64,000 bases of DNA. Source: Paraspadella gotoi (lineage: Eukaryota; Animalia; Chaetognatha). This document shows positions 11,601 through 22,400 of the stretch, in pieces (position 1 is the first letter of the stretch; each line of letters begins with the position of its first letter). Where the stretch lies: contig CM119263.1 in assembly GCA_051294375.1 (NCBI GenBank), positions 6,172,932-6,236,931 of the forward strand. Reading direction: 5' to 3'. The position numbers and the translations under genes are program-made. The notes beneath the pieces were generated by a model. That model saw only the letters and a list, made by a program, of their open reading frames with translations. It was not told where the DNA came from and did no database searches.

Positions 11601-11991
11601 ATTACGTCTAACCCTGAAAATGTCTAACCCCCACTTTCCTCTTCTGTAACAGCGCCTCAACCCGCGTTGCCTCCACCCTGGATTCCCGACGAGGACTCTC
11701 CCCAATGCCAACTCTGTCAGCAGAGATTCACCCTCATCAGACGACGCCATCATTGTCGCAACTGCGGAAAAGTAAAAAAGCTAAAGGGAACTTTTATTGA
11801 AAGGCCTTACCTTCCATTACCCTCCCTTCCCCCATCCCAACCCTTTCCAGGTCTTCTGCGGTTCCTGCTCTTCCCGCTTTCTCCCACTCCCTCACTTTGG
11901 TCTCCTTCACGCCGTCCGCGTGTGTGACGCTTGCCACGCCCAGCACGCCAACTGCCTCACCCCCGCCGAGATTCAGGCGGGATGGGCGTGA
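5668..11991 (+). CDS. ZFYVE28: Lateral signaling target protein 2 homolog (LST2/ZFYVE28), FYVE-domain protein; N-terminal exons lie upstream of the window
   Basis: Exons at about 5668-5785, 5851-5911, 5990-6091, 8201-8317, 8423-8510, 8791-9270, 9372-9776, 11137-11190, 11270-11546, 11653-11771 and 11851-11991. They encode [13 protein letters not shown]...[61 protein letters not shown] and a FYVE finger (WIPDED...[10 protein letters not shown]...VFCGSCS...VRVCDAC), matching LST2 as I recall it. Confidence 0.9.
6406..6641 (+). mobile_element. Solo LTR with tRNA-like Pol III promoter (second Helenus-type family)
   Basis: Termini TGTAG...CCACA, perfect 4-bp target-site duplication AATT (6402-6405 and 6642-6645), internal A box TGGCGCCGGAGG and B box GGGTTCGCTCCC. 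Confidence 0.8.
6656..7275 (+). mobile_element. HINE/DINE-1-like element family A, complete copy
   Basis: 5' palindrome AGTCGGATCTGCTTATAAGCAGATCCCGACT, a (GTCC/GTCG/GTCT) microsatellite, 3' subterminal inverted repeat GCAGATCCGA (7244-7253), stem-loop GTTTG-CT-CAAAC and T-rich ends. Homologous to 1-1091 and to 36716 onward. Confidence 0.7.
7414..8156 (+). mobile_element. HINE-like element family B
   Basis: 5' ATCTCGCCAGACG (7417) is the reverse complement of the 3' subterminal CGTMTGGYGAGAT (8124; perfect at 3142). Internal ATCAAT minisatellite and T-rich flanks. Confidence 0.55.
9855..11095. mobile_element. Non-autonomous TIR DNA transposon with TA target duplication (Tc1/mariner-like or similar) in an LST2 intron
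   Basis: Left end CCACGTGAGCCAAATCCGATGATAC matches the reverse complement of right end GTATCAATCGGATTTGGCTCACGGGG. TA on both sides; no transposase ORF. Confidence 0.75.
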
Positions 11992-12581
11992 AGTGGTGTG
12001 GGTGTTGGTGAAGTAGTTTCGAAACGGGGTCGGCCTCGCCTCGCGCTTCTGCTAATCTTTTCTCTCTTTCGTCGACACCGCCTCGCCTTCAGTATTGTTT
12101 GTTGGAGGTCGTTATATGTATTTATTCTCGCCGGGGTTCATGGAGGGGAATTCCTCTTTGTTTGAACGAACGCTGAATCGATATAAATGTAAGAATGTTA
12201 AAAGGGCCATGGAAGCCTTTGGACGAGCGTGACATTTTTCGCGAGGTGTCGCTTCGGTAAACCTGACGATTTCGCCAAAAGTCATGCTTGCCTGATGTCA
12301 TGATTTGTCTAATCGATCGGCCTCAAAATGTTTTTCTCTTTGGTATTTTTTTTTTCTGCAAAAAATACAGTAGCTCATGTTTTTTACCTGTTTGGTATGA
12401 TATTAAAGATCGTTTACAACAAATCTTTGCTTTATTTATCAGAACTGCGGTTGCAGGCAGCGACTGTAATTTAGAAGACCCATACAACATACATATGACT
12501 AAATGAAAGTTAACGTGGCGAAACTTAGCCATGCAAATTTTTAATATATTTTTTAATCTGTGAGCCAAACTTAAAGCTTTA

Positions 12582-12790
12582 TGGTAGATTAAAATTTACC
12601 AACCGTTCATCAGCGGCCATTGGTGCCGGAGGCAAGTCATTCACCTCCCAACCCAAAGGTCCGGGTTTTTAACCCGGTGGTCGCCTAGCAGTTAAGAGGG
12701 GTGGGGCGCTTAACCCGTCTGTAACATGGTGTTGCAGCCTGATCCGAAGCTCAGGGACTGCTTATATTGAACGGTTCTGTCATTAACACA
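12582..12790 (+). mobile_element. Diverged copy of the tRNA-containing LTR family seen at 6406-6641
   Basis: Shares TGGTGCCGGAGG...CCTCCCAACCCAAAGG...CGGGTT, GGGGCG..TAACC and GCC..ATCCGAAG with 6458-6590. Ends in ACACA; boundaries approximate. Confidence 0.55.
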
Positions 12791-13845
12791 TATCAATAAT
12801 TACTGTCTCTTCAGCTTTATATTTTAATTAAAAAAATAGGAAAAAAAAAATATTTTGAGCAATTAAAATTTTAGATCTGGAATTAGGGTATAAATTTTGT
12901 ATTTTTAACAAAATAAGTTTGTAGCTATTTGATTTAGCTACAATCTGATTTTTTTTAATCAAAATATAATTTTAATAAATATTTTTTTTAAATTTTTTTA
13001 AAAAATTTAATATTTTTTATTTGTTAATATTTATACTTTTATGAATAAAATAAAACTTATATATATATACTTATATATATATATATGAATGGATAATTTT
13101 TATATTGGTTGTACCAATTTCATAAAGGTATGAAGATAGAAGAGATTAATTGGAATGATAAAAGTAGAAAAAGTAAGGAGCTTGAAGAAAAAGTAAAAGA
13201 ATGAAAGATCAAAAAGAAAAAAAAATAGATGGGATATGATTAAATATATATAAAATATATATTTATATATATATTAAATATATATATTCGAAACTACCAA
13301 ATATTATTTTGCATTTATTTTTTTTTATATATATAAAAAACTGTTTTATATAATTTATTTAAAAATAATAATTTCAATCACCGATTTTTTTATGGCTGCA
13401 TACACTAAGCCACGCTAATTTTCATTGTGTCATTTATGTATAGTATGGACGATACAAGTTTCAGATCAGGAATGATTTATTCTTCAACAAGGTTATAAAC
13501 AACAGTCAAAATGCTCAGATACTAAGTCTATTACAATGGTATTTACAAAGGTCAACGTTTGACCATAAAGGTCAACCGTTTTGACCATAAATAAGTTGGG
13601 GGGGAATTGAGCGAGGTAAGGTTGGTAAGGTCATGTGGTTTGACCGAGGTTGCGTGTTCTAGATGTTCGTCCACAATAGATTATTATTTTTGTCAAGGAA
13701 GTTAAGCCATTTACTTTGATTAGAAATTTGAGGAAATGTAAAAAGATCCAAAAAAGTAATTTCTGTATATTTGGTGAACTGGATGCAACTGCTTTGCAAC
13801 AAAAGTTTTTTTCACGATTGTGTGAAAATATCCTTCACTTTTATC

Positions 13846-16054
13846 ATGGTCGATGCTAGCAAACACTCACAATTAACATACCTGCTACTTTTACTGGTTG
13901 CAACTTTTTTTGCTCGCTGCTTGGCCGATGACAACCAATGCATCAAATTTCGCTTATCCCCGATCTGCTGCAAAGCGTTTGTTCCCTGTAGATGTTCAGG
14001 GTAAGTAATTTAACTCGCTATGGCCATTTTATCATAATGAGGTTTTTTTTTTTTTTTAAATGGGCGACTTCCCGTCGTTGTCTTTGGCTGGAGTAATGAG
14101 GTCTAAGCAGACAGTCCTTTTAATAATAATGATTAATTGGGTCCTTTCCAAAAATGAAAATAATAGATAATAAAAGAGCGAAAACCCCGAGTTCTTGGCG
14201 TTTGTTTGTTTGTTTGTTTGTTTGTTCACTTAATCCGTATGGAGAGAGACAACACGAATTAAATTTAAAAAAAGATATATAGGATATATACTGGTAAATA
14301 AACTAGTAAAACGATTTGTTATCTATCTCGATTCTCACTTTGAGAACGTTAACTATAAAACACTGTAAATAGGCCGAACGACCAATGAGTGAAATATAAT
14401 TAGTAGTCAACGGGGAGATGCGGTATATTAAGGAGTATAAGTAAGCGTTAATGTCCAATTCAATATGATATATACCGAGACCAAAACAGTTGTATTCTCT
14501 CTAGTCCCGATCCTCCCGTGACTCCGAGTAAAAACTTCACTGAAGTCGAGGACGAATCTTGTTGCAATGGAATAAAATGCATTGAGCGAATTAAATGGGG
14601 AATCACAGATCAATACGACGAGGGTTCCTACGCCGTAACGAATTCGGACGAGATGCTCAATTTATCTTTTGCCGTCAATCCGTTGACGCTTGAGAATTTG
14701 AGCGACGATGGAGTCATGAAGCTCACTATCAACGTTCGACTGCAATGGCACAACAGAATGGTCAGATGGGACGCCGACCTTTGCAATGACAAACGGGGTC
14801 AAGAACTTTGCCTCGATTTTGTGGCCAAGACCCAAAATATCACGGAATACATCACGAACGCCTCCAAAACCAAAGTCTATGACTTCATGATTTCAAAAGA
14901 GAAAAGCACTCAAGTTTTGAAGGACAAAATGAAAAGTTATCCATTGAGAGTCATGAGAGACGGAACTGTAACTTGGGAGGGCGTCATATCCGTCGGCGTT
15001 CAATGCAAAATGGGCTTCGAAAAATATCCGTACGACGAACAACATTGCAAATTGGAGTTTTCTCCGTTGCCCAAAAGTAACACAATATTCGTCACATTTA
15101 AAAACGAAGCAGATGAATTACTTAAAGTCACGAGTGCGTCCTCGTGGGATCTTACCAATTTTGTACTGGTAAATAATACGGGTTTCGAAGTGACGATGGA
15201 AAGGAACCCGGCGAACGCTATCACCACCCTGGTCGTGCCCTGCTCCTTATTCAACATACTCAATTGTCTCGTCTACTGCGTCCCCCGATCGTCGGGAGAG
15301 AGAGTCAGTTACAGCGCCACCTTGGTGCTCACGATCTCAGTTTTAGTCTCTCAACTCGGTTCAGTCATTCCGGCTTCTTCTTTAACTTATATGGGTAAGT
15401 GACTTTTGGTTCCGTAAAATATAAAAATAATTGGGTAACTTTACTATTCGACGTCCGCCACCAACCTTAGCTACCAACGGTCGGCGGTTTGTTAATCCAT
15501 TGAATTTTGTTTTCCCTCTGGCGTCGTCTCAGTTTGCGCAGTAATACAAATTTTTGTTTTTGTTTTTGTTTTATTAAGAAGTTTAAATTTCGGACATATT
15601 TCGGCTTCAACGTAAGCCTTCATCAGCGCAAAAACGAATTGACCTGAGAAACAAATATTTTCACAGACTCTCTCTCTTCAAACTGCAAAGTCTATAAAAT
15701 GTAAAAATAAGCCAAAATAATTTTTGAAACATAAAAATGAACGCAATCCAATCCAATTTTAAATTCACAGAGAGTTTTATCCTGGGAACCTTCGGACAAG
15801 CAGTGGCCGCCTTAATGGAAACTATATTAATTCTGAGCCTGGAAAAAGCTGTCGAGGGCGAAAAGTTCGAGTTGAGGGACAAATCATCGGTGGCGCCGAA
15901 AACAGAAGAGCATCTGGACGCCAAGAAAAAGATACGACTTTTGAAAAATTTGCTCAAGTGGTTGGATGGAATACTTTTCGTTGTGAACGTTCTTATCACC
16001 TTCGTTATGTTCACGTACACATTTGTCAATATTCAGCCGCGAAAGTTCAAGTGA
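13846..16054 (+). CDS. Divergent Cys-loop ligand-gated ion channel subunit (nAChR-like, non-alpha), copy 1; 3 exons
   Basis: Exons about 13846-14000 (signal peptide plus Cys-rich extension), 14505-15394 and 15771-16054. Motifs LQWHN..VRWD, Cys-loop CKMGFEKYPYDEQHC, pre-M1 MERNP, M1 VVPC, M2 SGERVSYSATLVLT, M4 WLDGILF. Confidence 0.88.
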
Positions 16055-17178
16055 ATTTTTATTCGCTATTTGAAATTTGACTCAATTTGTTTTTCTTTTT
16101 TTGTTACTGTAACTGAAAAACTTTTGGTCTAGCTGTCACTTTTCCTTCAGAACAAATTAACAATATACATTATACAAATTGTATAGATATCTAATAAAAC
16201 ATTATATCTTTATTACGGCACTTTATTTATTGCTTTTAAAAAAGCTTTTGTCCTTCGACTTTCAATTATAATTATTTAATTATACATATTATATTATACA
16301 TATTAACACAGATTTGCAATTTTATTATTTAGAATTAAAAAAGGAATCGGAAAGTAAAGTAGCTAATATCCGGAAAGAATTCAAAGAAACACTAGCTTGG
16401 CCTTTGTTTGTTTGCAGCTCTTTTCGACGGTCAAATGAGTTTAAGAAGTATCTCAACAATGCGTAATGGGTAAACGGCTCATAAAAGAGTCAATGTCATA
16501 GATGACAGATTGGATTGAATGGAATTTTTGGAATAATCAAACGCCAATGACGAACGAAGCATGATAAGTAATGAAACGTCTGTAGCGATGCCATCAAAAC
16601 ATGTACGTATCGTGGCAACGAAACGTGATTCTAAACTATGCCTGTAGTTAATAAACCTGACACGTTTACAGCAAAAAGCTCTTAACAGACTCGTCGAAAC
16701 GCAAAACAAAGTCGATAAGGAGTTAGATATTGTAAAGACGCCATGACACAATAAACGGCCAGACATTACAGGGAGTCGGGATGTGACGTAAGACTGATGG
16801 TTTTATAATAACTTTAACTTTTACTGTTTAGTTGACTTCCAAAAATACAAATTAGAAAGATCGGTTGTCTCTGTTTGAAGAGACAGAATCGATTAAGTCA
16901 ATTTTGAAAAAAAAATGACAATATAAATAGAACTCCTTATTTACTCATATTTTTTTCTCCCCTCTTTTATTTTAAATATTACTGTCTGTTCTCTTCCACG
17001 CATCATTCAAGTTCATCCACAAGAAATTATTAGATTATTATTTTGAGAATTTCTTTATAACGCTATTTTTAAAATTATAAATAAAATACAGAATAAATTT
17101 ACAGCTAACCAAAATAAATGAAAATAGATTTATTCCAATTTCAAACATTTTTTCAAAGCCAGGCAAAGAAAAAGAAAT

Positions 17179-18827
17179 ATGATCGCCATGACGTTTCTCG
17201 TTTTGTTCCATTTAATTCCAAGCGGCGAATCGTTTCACCGCAATTGCCGACCCGCCGTTGAGTTGGACAACACCACATGTTGCAATCTTATTCCGAATAG
17301 TTGTTCCCTCAAGAGGTAAGTATTGCAGAAATCTCTCGTCTCTAAAGGCTGTCTACGTATTACATTTTTTTTATCTCGAGGAAGACACGAATTTTAAACT
17401 ATTCCATATCAGAAACCTGTTTTTTTCATATTATTGTTACGTATCATTTGATTTAATTTTTACTCGTTTTACATATTTCCTTCTCAACCTCTATACATTT
17501 CGATTCCATTTCCAATTCGATTCCATTCCTCAGTCTAAACTCTTCAGACTTCATGTGCGTGGCGAAGGATTGCATCAAGATGGTTACTGACGTGATGTTC
17601 AATCAATTCGACGACGGAACGTATCCAGTCTTCTCCGACGACCCCGAAGTTCGCGTTTACTTCGCCGTGGCGCCCCAGGCCCTGGAAGGCCTCAGCTCGG
17701 ACGGGGTGTTGAGTCTAAAACTTCGCGTCGCCCTCGCCTGGCACAACGAATTCATGAGATGGGACAAGACGATGTGCAACTACAACTGCGTCAATGACGA
17801 CGGCTGCAGAGCCGCCTGCTTGAGAGACAGCCTCAAACTAGAGAACTTGACTCATTTTGTCCTCAAACCCAAAAATACGAAAGTCTATGATTTTCTCGTT
17901 GCCAACGAGACGAGGAATCCCGTGCTCCAACAGTCGCTCAAGAATTTCCCCATAAAGGTTCAACGAAACGGTAGCGTCGCCTGGAGCGGCTTCGTCTCCG
18001 TCAGCGTCCAGTGTCGCATCGACGTCAAACTCTATCCTTTCGACGAACAGAAATGTTCCCTCGTCTTTGAGTCGCTGCCTCCTGGCGGGAAGAACGTCTC
18101 GGTCAGATTCGCCCACGAACCCAAAGGTCTTCCAGTCGTCGACAGTGCGGGCTGGAGTTTGAAGAGCTTTTCCTTGACCAAAAGAGGAGACGGTTTTGAT
18201 GTGTTGGTGAGGCGTAACTCGGCCAACGTCGTCGTCACGCTCGTCGTCCCGTGTTCGCTTTTCAACATTCTCATTTGTTTCGTTTACGCGATCCCTCTCT
18301 GCTCCGGGGAAAGGGTCGGTTACAGCGTCACGCTCGTCCTAACCTTTTCGGTGCTCATCATGCAGCTGAACTCGCACATTCCCACTTCCGAAATGACTTA
18401 CCTGTGTAAGTTGTCCACAGTAAGGAGGCAAGATATTTTATCAATGAAAAAGTAATGTAAAATTTATGTATTGTTAGCCATGGTACAAAGCGAAGCCATT
18501 ATCATTTCAACTTCAATTTCTGTTTTCATGAAATTTGATTTTATCTTTCAAGCCGTGTTTATCATCGTAACGTTCGTTCAATCTGCGGTCGCTCTCATGG
18601 AAACAGTTTTCATTCTGGCTTTCACACGACACGTGGAATACCTTGAAGTTCAAAGAGAAAAAAAATTGGTTTCTGAGAAGAAAGAAAATGTAACAGCAGA
18701 GAAGAAAAATGATGTTCCTTTCTCTCAACTTATCGCGATTTGGGTCAATCGATTCTTTTTGATTTTTAATGCGTTTTTTACTGTGGTATTATTTATAAAT
18801 ATTTTTTGTAAAATTATTCCATCGTGA
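17179..18827 (+). CDS. Divergent Cys-loop ligand-gated ion channel subunit, copy 2 (tandem paralog); 3 exons
   Basis: Exons about 17179-17315, 17534-18405 and 18553-18827. Cys-loop CRIDVKLYPFDEQKC, M2 SGERVGYSVTLVLT; intron positions equivalent to copy 1. Confidence 0.88.
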
Positions 18828-19405
18828 TCGCGAAGAGGTCTCAAAAATAAAAAAAAACACTTGAACGCATGTTTAAATTACCTTTATCTTTAATATAGTT
18901 TTTTTAGAATGATCTTACTCTTTTCTTCATCCATTTTAATTTAAATTTTAGTTTGTACCAATAAATTTAAATCTTCACACTCTTTGGAATTTAAATTTGT
19001 TGTGTAATTAATCTTAAAATTGTTTTCGTACTTTCTTATAAAAGTCACTTTTCATATTTAGTGTTATTGCTATTTACGTTTGGGTTGTCAATTTCTATAT
19101 TCTGAATGGTGCATGGTAGATTCCAAAATTTCTGGAATTGTACAATGATTTTTTTTTTTACTATGTCAAATTACTAACTCTTCACCAATTTTTTGTCTCA
19201 CTTTTTCTCGTACACATCAACTTGTTTTTCCGACTCTATACTACAACTACTAAAACCCGATCTGATAATAAAAACTTACATTGTATTTGTAAACATCGTT
19301 TCAAAAATCAAGCGCTTATTTCATTTAGAAAAAAGAAGATGATAGGAATCTCGAGTGAAATTTTTTGGCGTCGATTTTTCGTCGACGCTTTTCTCAGTCA
19401 CGAAG

Positions 19406-22400
19406 ATGAAGATTTTTTTCTTCGTCGTTTTTGTTCTTCTTCAATGTAGTCGCGCGCTTGGTAGGTGATGACTGACCTTACTGACTTCCAGATTTTTCCT
19501 CAAGTAATGAAATTGCTGCTTCGATCTCTGAAGTCTGAACTCCCCTTAGGCTTAGCCTCACTTTCTCTCTCTCTCTCTCTCTCTCTCTCGTTTTTAGTAG
19601 TATCTTATCATCATCATCATCATCTCTCTCTCTCTTACCTTTGAACCTTCACTTTAATTCAATGATCTTGCCTTTTGACCTTGCCTTCTCGCCTTACTCA
19701 TAACTTACCATTCCTCAGCCTCTCCGTCTGACCTCCGCCTGCCGCGCCATCTCGAGCCAGAGTCCTACGACGTCGACCTTCGACCTTACCTGATCGAGAA
19801 TCCCGAATCGGACAAACGGTTCACTTACGATGGCGCCGTCCACGTGAGACTGGTCGCCGTCGCCGAAGACGATTCTATCGTCCTTCACGCCAAGAAACTC
19901 GTCGTGAGGTTGTGATCAATTATGTGGTCAATTATTATTTTTGTTTGTTTTTTTTGCCAAAAATATTCAGAGACGACGAATTTATTTTTTCGACATTACG
20001 TTACAATGCTGCCCTCTAAAGCTCCATAGTCTCCTAAAAATATACAAAACAATTCATACAATTAAAACATTCTTCGAAATATTATACCACTTCACGTCGC
20101 TTCCTCCTTCAGCAAAGTGAGCGTCGACGAAATCTCGGAAGACAACTCGACGAAAACTCTGCCGATCGTAACATGGAGTCTCGACGAAGAGAGGGAATTT
20201 CTCGTCGTCAAGATGGCGTCAAATTTGACGCAAGGTTTGGGGATAATGATTTAATTGACATTGCCATTTTGACAGCATTAAATAGGGGAGTGGTCTTTTC
20301 ATACAATTGAAACATTCTTTGAAGCATTACACCACTTCATTGATAAGGAAGCCAGGAACTATGAAAGTGAATAAACGAGACTGAGAGTCTTTGTTGTACA
20401 AATTTCATAGTGAAAAAAAGAAGTTTCTGTATTGATAATAACACAAAATTGGACCGATTTTAAAAAACAAACGTGACTTCGTTTCCGGTCTCGCTCGCAA
20501 GACTTTTATCACGACTTTAATTTCAGGAAAGAAAATCGATCTTCGCGTCGAATTCACTGGAAAGTTAAACGACGACATGACAGGGTTTTACAGAAGCCGA
20601 TACCAACTCGAAGGTGAGTTACCCACTCGAAGGTGAGTTACCCACTCGAAAATAAACAATTTTTTTTAAAAGAAAGTCGGCCGTGTTGGGACTAGAATGA
20701 AACCTCTATGCCTATGGTTCTATCGTTAAAGTCATTCGTGCGAATTTAGTAAAGAGTAAAGACCTATAAATCATGTGAACTAAATGTAAATTTGTTACAC
20801 AGTGGTAGACGATTCACCGGTCGAGTAACGTCGCTTTCGCTCTGTGTTTCTCTCTCACTAATTCACTCTCTTTCTCTATATTCCTCACCGACTATTTATT
20901 TCCTTCTTACCCCGGGCTGTTTTCCACACTTCGAATAATTTACTACAATATGCGAATTCGATTTTTTTTTTCTTTGTTGTCTCAATCAGTTTTCCCTCTT
21001 GTCTTCTAGGCCAAGAAGTGTTCATGGCGACGACGCAGTTCGAACCGGCGGGCGCGAGACGAGCCTTTCCCTGCATGGACGAACCAGATCGTAAGTTGGT
21101 TCGAGTTTGGATGAAAATCAATTCATCTGAATTCAATTTTTATATATATATTTTTTTCTCGCTCTCTCCTAAGGAAAGGCGGTGTTCAGAATCACTATCA
21201 GGTGAGAGAAAAGCGCACTGGAGTGTCTTAAATCAATCAATCAATCACACATTAGGAAACAATGAATCAATCTATCTTTTCTCGACCTCGATGATCCTTC
21301 TCAGTTCTCACCAAGCTTTTACCAACCCGCTTATCAGGTGCGAAGATCCTTACCAAGCTCTCTCTAACATGGACGTCGTCGAGGGATTTCCAAAGACCGT
21401 GTCGGGATTGAGGTCAGGCAATGTCTTTCATGTTTTTTTTTTAAATTAAGAATATTGTTTGTTTATTCAAAGCGCCCTCCTAATACAATTTTAACTATAA
21501 ACTATAAACATTTCACTAGCCTCTTTTAAAAACGAATTTTGTTTTGTTTTTTTTTGTTTTGTTTTGTTTTGTTTTTTAGCTACGATTCCATATATTTTAC
21601 AATTTCATGCCAACCTTTTATTTCAGAGTTTACACTTTCGGCGATTCGTTGAAAATGTCGACTTACCTCGTCGCTTTTGTCGTCCATCGATTTTATCCAA
21701 CGAGCTTGGATTCTGGGCAAGGAAGACCGAAAGTCAGTTTTTTGTTTGTTTTTTTTTTTGTCCGTGTGTCGATCTCTGTCGTTCTGGCAAAAGCGCCGCC
21801 TGTCTCCCCTTAATCTCCCGCTCCTAGATCCAAGTTTGGTCCAAATATCCTCAGTCCATGGGCTACATGAACTACGCCTGCGGAGTCGCCGCCAAAGCCT
21901 TGAAGTTCTACGAAAATCTGTACGGGATACAATTTCCTCTGCCGAAGATCGATTTGGCCGCGATCCCAGGTTTCCCAAATTTTGCTTTTGATTTTTTGAT
22001 TTTTGATTTTTCTTTGTCATCGATTTATAATTAGCATTTGTCATCGTTTATCGTTTATGATATTTATAATATATATGGATGAACTTCAAAAAAATACAAA
22101 TTGAAAACAAAAAGAAAAACGAAGCTTCTCCTTTTTATTGTCCGTATTTGTATTCATTGTATTTAATTATTTTAATTATGATTTTTCGAGATTTCGCCGC
22201 GGGAGCGATGGAAAACTTCGGACTAATAACTTTCCGCGAGACGGCGCTTCTCTATTCGCCCGAGGGTGCGATGTTATGTCTCGTAGATATTTCTCTTTTG
22301 CGACGGCTGATCGGCCTCACTTTACAAAAATCGAAAAAAATTAAAGGAGAAAATTTGACTTCCGTTTTAGAGACGGATAACGCTACAAAAGTTTGGGTCA

